In this document: positions 51,221-60,974 of the stretch, piece by piece
Layout: the number at the start of each line of letters is the position of its first letter
Position numbering within the stretch: position 1 is the first letter of the stretch
From: Candidatus Latescibacterota bacterium
GTDB taxonomy: Bacteria; Latescibacterota; UBA2968; GCA-2709665
Direction of reading: 5' to 3'
Length of the DNA stretch: 64,000 bases
NCBI GenBank assembly: GCA_965208835.1
Contig: OZ242358.1
Location: forward strand, 4,736,001-4,800,000
Notes under the pieces: model-generated
The model's database searches: none
Seen by the model: only the letters and a program-made list of their open reading frames with translations
What the model was told of the DNA's origin: nothing
Program-made: the position numbers and the translations under genes

Positions 51221-51361
51221 ATGAGACTGGTTGTCAGGTTATTCCTTCTGGCGTTGCTGGTGTTCCTGGGAGGCGTGGTCTTCATCAAGTACACATACAA
51301 CTGTTCGTGGAAAGAGAGTTTCGCCATCGCCGACCAGTTTGTGTCGGACCTGACCCGTTAA
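51221..51361 (+). CDS. small single-TM protein (46 aa)
   Basis: GAGGAG RBS; MRLVVRLFLLALLVFLGGVVFIKYTYNCSWKESFAIADQFVSDLTR; below the ORF-track cutoff. Confidence 0.65.
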   Translation: MRLVVRLFLLALLVFLGGVVFIKYTYNCSWKESFAIADQFVSDLTR

Positions 51362-51507
51362 CAGTCCGTTGATAAAGTCGCTCTGCAGGCGAGGCCGAAG
51401 ACAAGGCGCGCGATCGAGTCGACTCGGAGGATTCGTCGAGGGAGCGCAACGCGGTATTTCGACCGCAAGGGCCGGCCGTAGCCAGGATGGGCTTTTTCGA
51501 CGGGCTG
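51362..51507 (-). mobile_element. MITE family B, copy 3 (146 bp, inverted)
   Basis: Same TIRs, TSD TTAA. Confidence 0.88.
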
Positions 51508-51558
51508 TTAAGGAACTCCTGCCGGCAGGACGCAACAGCAGGGTGAGGGGAGTCTGTT

Positions 51559-52425
51559 TTGGGTATTGTCTCAACCACGCGATTGCTGGGGGTGATAGGC
51601 GATCCCATCGCCCATTCGTTATCTCCGGACATGCACAATGCGGCCATTGACGATCTCGAAATAGACTATTGTTACGTCGCTTTTCACGTATTGCCGGATG
51701 GGATTGAATCGGCGCTCGACGGTATGCGCGCTTTGCAGATTCGGGGATTGAACGTTACCCTTCCGCACAAGTCGGCGGTGATGGCGCACCTGGACCGGAT
51801 TTCGAAAGAAGCACTGGCCGTGGGCGCGGTGAACACGATTTCTCTCAAAGATGGCGAACTTGTCGGGCAGAATACCGACGTGTACGGGTTGGCCACCGCT
51901 CTGGAGCGCACCGCTGGCCTCGGCGTGTTGCCCGAGCATTGCGTGATTCTCGGTGCGGGAGGCGTCGCGCGGGCGGCCGTCTACGCACTGGCGACGCGGA
52001 AAGAGGTGAAGCGGGTGAGCATTCTCAATCGAACTGTCGGCCGGGCGCAGGCGCTTGCGCGGGATATGCAACGGATAACGGGAAAATCGATCGACGCGGG
52101 TGATCTGACGAAGGGCACTCAGATGAGCCGGTTCTCGGATGCCGGCCTTGTCGTGAACGGAACGTCGTTGGGGATGGTTCCGGACGTGCAGCGGACGCCC
52201 CTCGCGGATACACGCGCGGTCCACCCGCAACTGGTGCTCTACGACACGGTTTTCAATCCGCTGGATACGCTCCTGATGCGTCAGTTCCGATCCGCCGGAG
52301 CGCCGGCGTATGGAGGCCTGGATATGCTTGTGCACCAGGGCGCGCGTTCGTTTGCCATCTGGACGGGTATCGAGCCGCCCGTCGACGTGATGAAGCAGGC
52401 GATAATCGGCCGGTTTCGGGCGTAG
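51559..52425 (+). CDS. aroE: shikimate dehydrogenase
   Basis: GDPIAHSLSP.MH, NVTLPHK, GAVNT, NTD, GAGG, GLDMLVHQG. Confidence 0.94.
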   Translation: MGIVSTTRLLGVIGDPIAHSLSPDMHNAAIDDLEIDYCYVAFHVLPDGIESALDGMRALQIRGLNVTLPHKSAVMAHLDRISKEALAVGAVNTISLKDGELVGQNTDVYGLATALERTAGLGVLPEHCVILGAGGVARAAVYALATRKEVKRVSILNRTVGRAQALARDMQRITGKSIDAGDLTKGTQMSRFSDAGLVVNGTSLGMVPDVQRTPLADTRAVHPQLVLYDTVFNPLDTLLMRQFRSAGAPAYGGLDMLVHQGARSFAIWTGIEPPVDVMKQAIIGRFRA

Positions 52426-52427
52426 CG

Positions 52428-53171
52428 GTGGCGAGTTCCGACCCTCAGGAACGCGATGCCAGGCGGACCTTCGTTCGTCAGATGTTCGACGGTATTGCCG
52501 GCACGTACGATCTGCTGAACCACCTGTTGAGCGCCGGCGTGGACATTCTCTGGCGGCGCTGGACAGTCGACGCACTGGAATTGAAGGCGGACTGGCGGAT
52601 CCTGGACCTTGCGACAGGAACGGCCGATCTGGGTCTCGAAGCCGCTGCGCGCGACCCGGGGGTGCGGGTTGTGGGTGCGGACCTTTCCCTGCCGATGCTT
52701 CGGCTTGGAAACAAGAAGCAGAAGAAGGGAGCCGGCCGCATGTTTCTGCTTTGCGGAGACGCACAGCGGCTGCCGTTTCCCGATGCGCGGTTTCACGCCG
52801 TGACCATTGGCTTCGGAGTACGGAATTTTTCGGACCTGAACGGCGGGCTTCGCGAGGTCTTGCGCGTCCTGCGCCCGGGAGGCCGGCTGGCGGTTCTGGA
52901 ATTTTCCCGGCCCAGAGCCTTTCTGTTGAGCAGGGTTTACCTCATTTACTTCAAATACATCCTTCCCGGAATCGGTCGGCTGGTTTCACGGAACCCTCTG
53001 GCGTACCGGTATCTCTATGAGTCCGTGATGGGATTTCCGGAAGGAGAAGCATTTCGAATGCGTTTGACGCAGACGGGGTTTCAGGATGCGGTGGAACGCC
53101 GGTTGACCCTCGGCATTGCCACGCTCTACCTGGCGTCAAAACCTTCGAATCGGGGAGACGGAAGAGGGTAG
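52428..53171 (+). CDS. ubiE: UbiE/MenG quinone C-methyltransferase
   Basis: MFD.IA..YDLLNHLLS.G.D..WR, LDLATGTAD, FGVRN, YLYES. Confidence 0.9.
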   Translation: MASSDPQERDARRTFVRQMFDGIAGTYDLLNHLLSAGVDILWRRWTVDALELKADWRILDLATGTADLGLEAAARDPGVRVVGADLSLPMLRLGNKKQKKGAGRMFLLCGDAQRLPFPDARFHAVTIGFGVRNFSDLNGGLREVLRVLRPGGRLAVLEFSRPRAFLLSRVYLIYFKYILPGIGRLVSRNPLAYRYLYESVMGFPEGEAFRMRLTQTGFQDAVERRLTLGIATLYLASKPSNRGDGRG

Positions 53172-53367
53172 AAGAAATGCGGGTAGACGGGAGAGGGTAG
53201 ACGGTAGACCAATAGCGGGTAGACGGGAGCCGGTAGACGGTAGAAGAAATACTTGCCCGGTATGTCATTCCTCATTGCCTTCGGCACGAACAGAATCCTC
53301 ACGAGGCAGGCAATCTCTCCCCTCTCCCGTCTTACGTCTAACCGCCTTTTGCTGACGGCTGATAGCT
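53152..53367. repeat. degenerate GGTAGAC(GG) short-repeat cluster with inverted partner
   Basis: Several GGTAGACGG units in 53167-53244; AGACGGGAGAGGG (53185-53197) is complementary to 53320-53332. Confidence 0.65.
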
Positions 53368-53391
53368 TTTTGGGGCGCGAGGTCCTGCTAT

Positions 53392-55095
53392 ATGGTCAAT
53401 CCTTTTGTTGAAGAAATCGTATCGCAGGTCTCTGCGGCAACTGACATGCCGCATGATGATGTGCGGTCGCTGGTTGAGGTCCCCCCAAAGCCCGAGATGG
53501 GGGATTACGCGCTTCCGTGCTTCAGGTTTGCAAAAACACTGCGTAAAGCGCCGAATCAGATCGCCCGGGATCTTGGAGTGAGCATTCGGCCCGGCGGCCG
53601 CATTGCCCGGGTGCGGGCTGAGGGCCCTTATCTCAATTTTTACGTGAGCCAGACCGAATTCGTGCGGGAGACACTTTCGGAAATTCTCGCCAGGCGCGGG
53701 CAATTCGGCCGAAGCGACGTGGGTTCGGGAAAGACGGTCGTGATCGACTTCTCCTCGCCGGATGTCTCCAAACCGTTCACGATCGCGCACATCCGTTCGA
53801 CTGCAATCGGGAACTCGCTCTGCAGGCTGTACAAGGCCACGGGATGGAACGTGATCGGCATCAACCACCTTGGGGACTGGGGAGCCAAGCACGGGATGAG
53901 CATCGCCGCATACAAGCGCTGGGGAGACGATAACGCGATTCGTGAGAATCCGCCCTATGAGCTCTTCAATCTTTACGTAAAATACAACGCGGAGATGGAA
54001 AAGGACCCGTCTCTCGGAGACGCCGTAAAGTACTGGACAAAGAAACTGGAGGCGGGCGACACCGAAGCGCTTCGGCTATGGAGCTGGTTCAGAGACGAGA
54101 CGGTCAAGGACTTCAAGCGGATCTACGAACTGCTGGATGTCACGTTTGCGGAATATACAGGAGAGAGTTTCTTCCACGACAAGGTCGGACCCGTGATAGA
54201 CGAACTGAAGGCCAGGGGGCTTGCCGTGGAGAGTGAGGGCGCCCTCGTCGTCATGCTGGATGAAGATGACATGCCTCCCGCCATCATCCAGACCGGACAT
54301 GATACCAGTGTCTATCTCACGCGGGACCTGGCAGCGGCGATTTACCGGAAGAAGACCTACGACTTCGATAGGTTGATTTATACGACCGACGCAGGGCAGT
54401 CCCTGCATTTCCGGCAGCTCTTCAAGGTGCTGGAACGGATGGGCTGTGAATGGGCGAAAGACTGCGTACACGTTCCGTTCGGCATTATTTCCTTTAAGGA
54501 AGGAAGGATGTCGAGCCGCCGGGGAAACGTAATCTTCCTGGAGGACGTGCTGAACCGAGCCATTGAGCTGACACGGGACATTGTGGAGGACAAGAATCCG
54601 GATCTCTCCGAAAGGGATGCGATCGCGCGGGACGTGGGCATCGGCGCGGTCGTCTATGCGGACCTGGATTCCCGCCGGACGCGGGATGTGGTGTTCGACT
54701 GGGATGAGATCCTGAATTTCAACGGTGAGACCGGCCCGTACATACAATATACTCACGCCCGGTATTGCAGTGTGTTGCGCAGGTACGGAGGCGCGGTGCC
54801 ACCGTCAGACGCGGACCTTTCTCTGTTGGCCGAACCCGAGACCGTGGCCGTGGTCAAGTGCATGGAACGGTTTCCCGAGCGAATCCGGAACGCGGCCGAA
54901 ACCTGTGAGCCGTCTCTGATTGCCGGGTTCCTGATCGAACTCTGCACCGAGGCGAACCGGTTCTACAACGCCCACCGGGTCATTTCGGACGACGTGTCGC
55001 TCACCCGCGCGCGAATCGCGCTCGTTTATTCAATAACCGCCGTGCTGGCTACGGGACTCCATCTGCTTGGCCTGAAGGCGCCGGAGGAAATGTGA
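53392..55095 (+). CDS. argS: arginine--tRNA ligase
   Basis: GDYA, DFSSP..SKP.TIAH, NHLGDWG, MSSRRG, GETGPYIQYTHAR. Confidence 0.95.
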   Translation: MVNPFVEEIVSQVSAATDMPHDDVRSLVEVPPKPEMGDYALPCFRFAKTLRKAPNQIARDLGVSIRPGGRIARVRAEGPYLNFYVSQTEFVRETLSEILARRGQFGRSDVGSGKTVVIDFSSPDVSKPFTIAHIRSTAIGNSLCRLYKATGWNVIGINHLGDWGAKHGMSIAAYKRWGDDNAIRENPPYELFNLYVKYNAEMEKDPSLGDAVKYWTKKLEAGDTEALRLWSWFRDETVKDFKRIYELLDVTFAEYTGESFFHDKVGPVIDELKARGLAVESEGALVVMLDEDDMPPAIIQTGHDTSVYLTRDLAAAIYRKKTYDFDRLIYTTDAGQSLHFRQLFKVLERMGCEWAKDCVHVPFGIISFKEGRMSSRRGNVIFLEDVLNRAIELTRDIVEDKNPDLSERDAIARDVGIGAVVYADLDSRRTRDVVFDWDEILNFNGETGPYIQYTHARYCSVLRRYGGAVPPSDADLSLLAEPETVAVVKCMERFPERIRNAAETCEPSLIAGFLIELCTEANRFYNAHRVISDDVSLTRARIALVYSITAVLATGLHLLGLKAPEEM

Positions 55096-55655
55096 GTCGG
55101 GCCGGGCATTCTTCTCCGCTGCAGGGAAGACAGATTTTCCTGGCCGGTTTCATGGCAACGGGAAAGAGCAAGATCGGCTTACTTCTCGCGCGGCGTCTGG
55201 AGAGGATATTTGTGGATACGGACGAATTGATCGTGGAGACCGCCGGGAAGTCGATCCCTCGGATCTTCGCGGAAGACGGCGAGACCGCGTTCCGTCGCAT
55301 CGAACGCGGTTGCGTGAAGCGGGCGGCGGGAATGGCAGATGCTGTGATTGCGCTGGGTGGCGGCGCCGTGACACAGGAGGACAACTGGGACACGATTCGC
55401 AAATCCGGCGTCTGCCTGTGTCTTCGGGCATCGGCGGAGACGATCTTCACGCGCCTGCGCAGGACAGACGGGGAACGGCCGCTGATGGCCGGATTGAACG
55501 ACGAAGACCGGATGGCGAAGATCCGGTCGATGCTTGCCGACCGGGCGCCGTTTTACGACCGGGCGGACGCATTCGTGGAGTCGACCGAGTACCGCACGCC
55601 CGACGAGACCGTTCAACTGGCAGTAACGGCATTAAAGGGCGTTGTGTTGAAATAA
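55092..55655 (+). CDS. aroK: shikimate kinase
   Basis: GFMATGKS, DTD, GETAFR..E, LGGG, RPL. Confidence 0.94.
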   Translation: MSRAGHSSPLQGRQIFLAGFMATGKSKIGLLLARRLERIFVDTDELIVETAGKSIPRIFAEDGETAFRRIERGCVKRAAGMADAVIALGGGAVTQEDNWDTIRKSGVCLCLRASAETIFTRLRRTDGERPLMAGLNDEDRMAKIRSMLADRAPFYDRADAFVESTEYRTPDETVQLAVTALKGVVLK

Positions 55656-55704
55656 GGGCGTTTGAAGGCCGGTGTCCTAATTATCGAAAGGCGTACTGAG
55701 GCGT

Positions 55705-56814
55705 ATGGAAACCGTACGGGTCGATCTGGACAGCCGCAGTTATCCGATCCTGATCGGACACGGGATCCTGTCCGATTTCGGAAGGGCGTACGCGGCGAAG
55801 GAACTGGGTTCGGTTGCGGCGATCGTGACCAATCCGACGGTTGCGTCGCTCTACCTGGATCCGGTCAGGGCCGGTCTCGAGGCGCAGGGTGTGTCGTCAA
55901 CGGTGGTTGAGATCCCGGATGGAGAGGAATTCAAGACGTTGGAGACAGCGGGCCGGATCTATGGCGAACTGATACGGGCGGGCCTGGACCGGCGCAGCTG
56001 CATCGTCGCGCTGGGGGGCGGTGTCGTGGGCGATACGGCCGGATTCGTGGCGGCCACCTACCTGCGAGGTATCGATTTCGTGCAGGTCCCGACCACCCTG
56101 GAGGCGCAGGTCGACGCCAGCGTGGGCGGCAAGACCGGTGTCGATCACCCGCTCGGCAAGAATATGATCGGGGCATTTTATCAGCCGAAGCTGGTTTATA
56201 TTGACACCGAAACGCTGATGACCCTGCCCAGGCGGGAGGTGGTTGCCGGCATGGCCGAGGTGATCAAACACGGATTGATCCGCGACGAAGCGCTCGTGCA
56301 ATTCCTCGAGAGCAAGATTGAGAAAGTGGCGGATCTGGCAATTGAACCCCAACAACTGGTTGGTTTGATTGCACGAAACTGCCGAATAAAGGCGGACGTG
56401 GTGGCGGCGGATGAGAATGAGGCGGGATTGAGGGAAATCCTGAACTATGGCCACACGGTGGGACACGCCATAGAGGCGGTGACGGATTACACCGTTTACA
56501 AACACGGAGAGGCGGTTATGCTCGGCATGCTGGCCGCGGGCAGAATCGGCGTCATCAAGGGGATGTGGAAACCGGCCGAACTGCAACGCCAGAACGCACT
56601 GATCGAAAGACTCGGGATCCCGTCCGGCGCCCGCGCGCTTGAACCGGGAAAACTGATCGGGCGTATGGCGAGCGACAAGAAAGCGCGGGATGGCGTGATC
56701 CGGTTTGTTCTTCCGGAGGCGATCGGCCGGGCGGTGTCGTGCGACACCGTAGAGAAGCAGGAAATCGAGGAAGGTATCCGGTATATGCAGAAACGCTCAC
56801 CCGAACCGGATTGA
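55705..56814 (+). CDS. aroB: 3-dehydroquinate synthase
   Basis: GEEFK, GGGVVGD, PTTL.AQVDASVGGKT, LNYGHTVGHAIE, HGEAV. Confidence 0.96.
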   Translation: METVRVDLDSRSYPILIGHGILSDFGRAYAAKELGSVAAIVTNPTVASLYLDPVRAGLEAQGVSSTVVEIPDGEEFKTLETAGRIYGELIRAGLDRRSCIVALGGGVVGDTAGFVAATYLRGIDFVQVPTTLEAQVDASVGGKTGVDHPLGKNMIGAFYQPKLVYIDTETLMTLPRREVVAGMAEVIKHGLIRDEALVQFLESKIEKVADLAIEPQQLVGLIARNCRIKADVVAADENEAGLREILNYGHTVGHAIEAVTDYTVYKHGEAVMLGMLAAGRIGVIKGMWKPAELQRQNALIERLGIPSGARALEPGKLIGRMASDKKARDGVIRFVLPEAIGRAVSCDTVEKQEIEEGIRYMQKRSPEPD

Positions 56815-56842
56815 AGCGCTCGCGGCCGGGCGACGTTCGGCT

Positions 56843-57346
56843 TCAGCGGGTCAGCCGTTCGATGACGGAACGGTGCTCGGGAAAGCTGCGTATCAGGGCC
56901 AGGGGATCCGCCAGCTCAAAGTCTTCGAATTCAAAACCGGGAGCGACGGTGCCGCCCATCAGGGCGAATGAATGGGGCTCATTCAGCGTTGCGCCGTACC
57001 AGCAGCCGGCGTTGACGACCGCAGTCAGGGATTCGTCGTTTTCGGGGTTGTCGCCAAGCAGAATGCGGACGTATACGCCGCTTTGATCGATCGTATGGAT
57101 GGTGATGGGAGATCCGGCATAGAAGTGCCAGATTTCATCGGACTGAATGCGGTGAAGGGCGGAAAAGTCGCGCCCCCTGAGCAGGAAGTAGATCGCGGTT
57201 GAGAATGCCCGGGGACCGCTGAACCGCTCAGGGAGGGCCCGTGCCCCCACGGTCTCCCCGGAGCGGTAAATTTCCCGATAGTATCCGCCTTCGGGGTGCT
57301 CTCTCAGACTCAGTTGTGAGATCCAGTAATCGGCATTCCGGTTCAT
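56843..57346 (-). CDS. cupin_5 (DUF985) family protein
   Basis: HPEGGYYRE, STAIYFLL, HRIQSDEIWH, VAPGFEFEDF. Confidence 0.9.
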   Translation of the reverse strand: MNRNADYWISQLSLREHPEGGYYREIYRSGETVGARALPERFSGPRAFSTAIYFLLRGRDFSALHRIQSDEIWHFYAGSPITIHTIDQSGVYVRILLGDNPENDESLTAVVNAGCWYGATLNEPHSFALMGGTVAPGFEFEDFELADPLALIRSFPEHRSVIERLTR

Positions 57347-57466
57347 GGCAATGGGAAGACTCCATGGAACAGGGGCGAGAAAACCTCGCCCCTGTTCCTT
57401 TTTTTGCAAGACGATTCACTTACAGTTTCAGCAATGGGAATGGCGACAATGCGCGGTAAACTGCGC

Positions 57467-58519
57467 CTACGCGATGATACCGCCTCCCAGACAGACCTCT
57501 CCGTCGTAGAAGACGGCCGACTGTCCCGGCGCCACACCCGGGTCGGCTTCCGCCATCTGAACGTTCAGACCGGCCTTGCCGTCGGATTCAATCCGGCACC
57601 TCACGAGCCGGGGGCCGTGCCGGATTTTGCAAAGAAGGTCGTGACGGTCGGGTATCCCCGAGATCCAGTGCGGACGTGAAACGCTGAAGCGGCTCAAGGC
57701 CTGTTCGGCCCGGTGCTTCTTGTGGGACACGAAGACAATGTTGCCGCGGGTGTCCTTCCTGACCACGTACCACGGTCCCGCGGCAAGGCCCAGCCCTTCG
57801 CGCTGTCCGATGGTGTAGAACCAGTAGCCCCGGTGACGGCCGAGAACGGCGCCGGTCTCCATTTCAATGATGTCCCCGGGCTTTTCTCCAAGGTGCGCCC
57901 TGACGAAATCGGGGTAGCCTATCTTGCCCAGGAAACAGATGCCCTGACTGTCTTTGCGGTCCTTGTTGGGCAGACCGAAGTCCCGTGCGCAACTCCGGAC
58001 CTGCTTCTTGGTGAGATGCCCGACGGGGAAACTCGCGCGCTTGAGCTGATCCTGGCTGAGTCCGGAAAGAAAGTAGGTCTGGTCCTTGACGGGGTCCGGC
58101 GCTCGCTTCAGGTAGCATGTACCATTGGTTTCTTCGATTCGTGCGTAGTGCCCCGAAGCGATTTTGTGGTAGCTGCCGTCGATCCGGGCTGCGAACTCGC
58201 CGAACTTGATGTGCCGGTTGCAGACAATGTCCGGGCTGGGAGTACGTCCGGCTCTGAGTTCGGACACGGCGTGCGACACCACCCGGTCCAGGTATTCGGC
58301 CTGCAGAGGGATGATACGGAGCGGTACCCCGGCCCGTTCGCAGACGGCGCGCGCGTATTTGAGATCTTCCTCCCACGGGCAGTCGCCCAGGAAGGCAAGC
58401 TCGTCTTCCAGCCAGACCTTGAGATAGAAGGCGGTGATTTCGTGGCGCCCTTCGCTGCAAAGCAGGTTTAGGGCCACGGAGCTGTCGACGCCGCCGGAGA
58501 GCAGAAGGGCGATTTTCAT
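57467..58519 (-). CDS. mnmA: tRNA 2-thiouridine(34) synthase
   Basis: SGGVDSS, PDIVCN, GHYA, KDQTYFL, SQGICF, PGQ. Confidence 0.95.
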   Translation of the reverse strand: MKIALLLSGGVDSSVALNLLCSEGRHEITAFYLKVWLEDELAFLGDCPWEEDLKYARAVCERAGVPLRIIPLQAEYLDRVVSHAVSELRAGRTPSPDIVCNRHIKFGEFAARIDGSYHKIASGHYARIEETNGTCYLKRAPDPVKDQTYFLSGLSQDQLKRASFPVGHLTKKQVRSCARDFGLPNKDRKDSQGICFLGKIGYPDFVRAHLGEKPGDIIEMETGAVLGRHRGYWFYTIGQREGLGLAAGPWYVVRKDTRGNIVFVSHKKHRAEQALSRFSVSRPHWISGIPDRHDLLCKIRHGPRLVRCRIESDGKAGLNVQMAEADPGVAPGQSAVFYDGEVCLGGGIIA

Positions 58520-59853
58520 GGCTCGCGTCCGAAATGTACGAGGCACTCGGCCAGGGGTTCGACCGTTTTCAGATCTGCACAGCCCGACACGGTCTCGACC
58601 AGATGCTCCGTACGGGTCCTGCCCGCGTCCCTTTCGATGAGGCGATGGGCTTTGGAGACGAGGTCGTCAAAGGTGATGCCGGTGTTCGGGTCTCCCGGGG
58701 CGGGTCGCGGTCCTGTTTTGTGCGTCCGCCCGCCTGTCGTCGTGACGGTCACCCGCGCCAGGGCTTCATCGGGGAAGCGGGCTTCAATGGCGGCGTCGAC
58801 CGACACTTCAATGCGGTCCGAGAGGGCGAGCACCGCTTCGTCATTCAGACCGCCGCCGGTTATTTCAGGCACCCCGACCCGTCCGTGTACAAGGGCGCAG
58901 GCCACCGGATAGGGCAGGCTGTATTGTGCCTCTTCGGTATTGGCCGGGCGGCGGGTGCCCAGATGGGTGGCCGCCTCGAACGTCTCGATTTTGACCGAGA
59001 CGATTTCGTGGAGTCTCAGATTGCGGGTGCTGCGCAACTCCAACGCGCCAGCGATGGCGGGTTGGGCCCACCGGCAGCACGGATGGAATTTGTAGTAGAT
59101 CCGTTCAATCCACCAGTCAGTACCCAGGGTCTGCATCGTCGCGTGGTACTCGTCCGCATATAGTGTCGCGGGCATGCCCGTGAATCCGCGGGCCGCAAGC
59201 TGAGCGGCGACGACGCCCACAAACGCGCCCCAGTGGATACCGTCTTTGACCATGGCCGGATGGCGCACGCAATCCATAATGGGCGCGAGGGGCGCATGGT
59301 ATTCGGCGATGGCGAGCGCGTGTTCCACCTCCCGGGGTCCGAGTCCCAACAGACGGGCGCATGCGGCCGCGGCGCCGAGGCTGCCCCATGAACCTGAACC
59401 GTGGTAACTGGGCCCTCGGTGGGGATGGTCGTGCCAGATCGTTCCGGCGCGCATCCCGACTTCGTAACCGACGACCACCGCCGCGAGGAAGTCCGCGCCG
59501 GCAGCGTTTTCGGCCTGCGCCATCGCGAGCGCCGCGGGAACCACGACCGCGCCCGGGTGGCCCTTCGCCTGACGGAACCCGTCGTCGACGTCCAGCGCGT
59601 TCGCTGCGCAGGCGTTTGCCAGGGCGGCGCCCGGTGCACTGCCGATCCTTCCTCTTCCAGCGATCGTAGCTTCGTTACCCGGGAATGCGGTTGCGGCGTA
59701 GTCCGCCACAATATTCGCCGCGGGCGTGGCCAGGCCTGCAATGGTTGCGGCGAAGAGGTCGAGGAGATTCTTGCTCAGTTGCACCTGTACGGCTTCCGGA
59801 AATTCGCCGTATCGGGCGTTCGCGATGAATCCGCTGATGTCGATCGTTGCCAT
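58516..59853 (-). CDS. MmgE/PrpD family protein
   Basis: ALDVDD....GHPG, VVGYE, K.HPCCR, AQYSLPY. Confidence 0.88.
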   Translation of the reverse strand: MATIDISGFIANARYGEFPEAVQVQLSKNLLDLFAATIAGLATPAANIVADYAATAFPGNEATIAGRGRIGSAPGAALANACAANALDVDDGFRQAKGHPGAVVVPAALAMAQAENAAGADFLAAVVVGYEVGMRAGTIWHDHPHRGPSYHGSGSWGSLGAAAACARLLGLGPREVEHALAIAEYHAPLAPIMDCVRHPAMVKDGIHWGAFVGVVAAQLAARGFTGMPATLYADEYHATMQTLGTDWWIERIYYKFHPCCRWAQPAIAGALELRSTRNLRLHEIVSVKIETFEAATHLGTRRPANTEEAQYSLPYPVACALVHGRVGVPEITGGGLNDEAVLALSDRIEVSVDAAIEARFPDEALARVTVTTTGGRTHKTGPRPAPGDPNTGITFDDLVSKAHRLIERDAGRTRTEHLVETVSGCADLKTVEPLAECLVHFGREP

Positions 59854-59873
59854 GTTGATCCGGGCTGCCCACG

Positions 59874-60788
59874 TCAATCGCTGAGGATCTGTCTTTCGAT
59901 GTCCAGCCCCACCCGGCTGCTCCAGGCATTCAGCAGTTCGTTGTAGAGCGGGCCGGGTTTACCGCTTCCGACCGGTATGTTGTTGAACCTGGTACAGGGG
60001 GCGATGCAATATGGCGTGGTGGTCAGCCACGCTTCGTCGGCGTTGGCCACGTCGTATGGCTGAATGTCCTTTTCAATCCAGTCGAGACCGCGCTCGGCGG
60101 CAAGTTCCCTGACGGTAAGGAGGCTGACGCCCTGGAGTATGTTGCGCGTGGTCGGGGAATAGACGGTGCGGTCCTCAACGACGACGAAGTTGGAACCCGC
60201 GCATTCCGTGACGTTTCCGTCCAGGTCGAGAAGCAGCGTGATCGCTTCCGGGTCGACCGCGTGGGTCTGCTGATCGGCCAGCCACCAGTGCAGCCGGGAC
60301 CGGTTCTTGGATTTGGGATCCAGGGATTGGGGCGGGATGTGGCGCAGGGCGGGTGTGACAACGTGCGCGCCGGCCTCGAAGAGGTGGCGCCAGACACGAA
60401 AGGGCAGCGGAAAAGAGTGAATGCAGACGGTTGGCGTCAGGCGGACGCTTCCCGCGGCGCTGCCGGCGTAGATCTCGTTTTCTCCCGGCGTGATGAAGTG
60501 TACGACGCCGAGGTCGGCCCCGGGTTCAATCAATTCACGGTTCGCCTGTATGAGTTCGAGGGTTTTCTCCCGCATCTTGTTCCGCGTGAGCGGCGGGTGA
60601 ATGCCGGCGTATTTGCACGATCTGTAGAGCCGGTCCAGGTGATCGTCCAGGCGAAACGGCGCGTGCGCGAACGTACGGGTCATTTCGGTGAGCGTGGCGC
60701 CCAGAATGATGCCCAGGTCGTAAATCCTGATTGCGGCCTGAGAGGCAGGCACGAAATCACCGTTTAGATAGACGATCGGTTCCTTCAT
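59874..60788 (-). CDS. PLP fold-type IV aminotransferase (IlvE/PabC-like)
   Basis: YLNG, HLDRL, K.RSR, E.AGSN, LQGVS, DEAWL. Confidence 0.88.
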   Translation of the reverse strand: MKEPIVYLNGDFVPASQAAIRIYDLGIILGATLTEMTRTFAHAPFRLDDHLDRLYRSCKYAGIHPPLTRNKMREKTLELIQANRELIEPGADLGVVHFITPGENEIYAGSAAGSVRLTPTVCIHSFPLPFRVWRHLFEAGAHVVTPALRHIPPQSLDPKSKNRSRLHWWLADQQTHAVDPEAITLLLDLDGNVTECAGSNFVVVEDRTVYSPTTRNILQGVSLLTVRELAAERGLDWIEKDIQPYDVANADEAWLTTTPYCIAPCTRFNNIPVGSGKPGPLYNELLNAWSSRVGLDIERQILSD

Positions 60789-60974
60789 ATCATCGTGTCC
60801 TGTCCCGAAAAAAACTTACTGTTCCGCCGACGATTCATCCCGCCTCGCTCCAGCCGCCGGATACGAGTAGAGACATGGGAATTGGTCAACAACTCGTCTT
60901 AAATATAGAGGATGGGCGATGTCAAGACAATCGGAAAGGGATTTTGCGGACATCGGCGCGGCCCTCTACGGAGA

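Noticed and set aside
53160-53250. CRISPR-like array
   Set aside because: Repeats are 7-13 bp and irregular, with no spacers of constant length and no cas genes.
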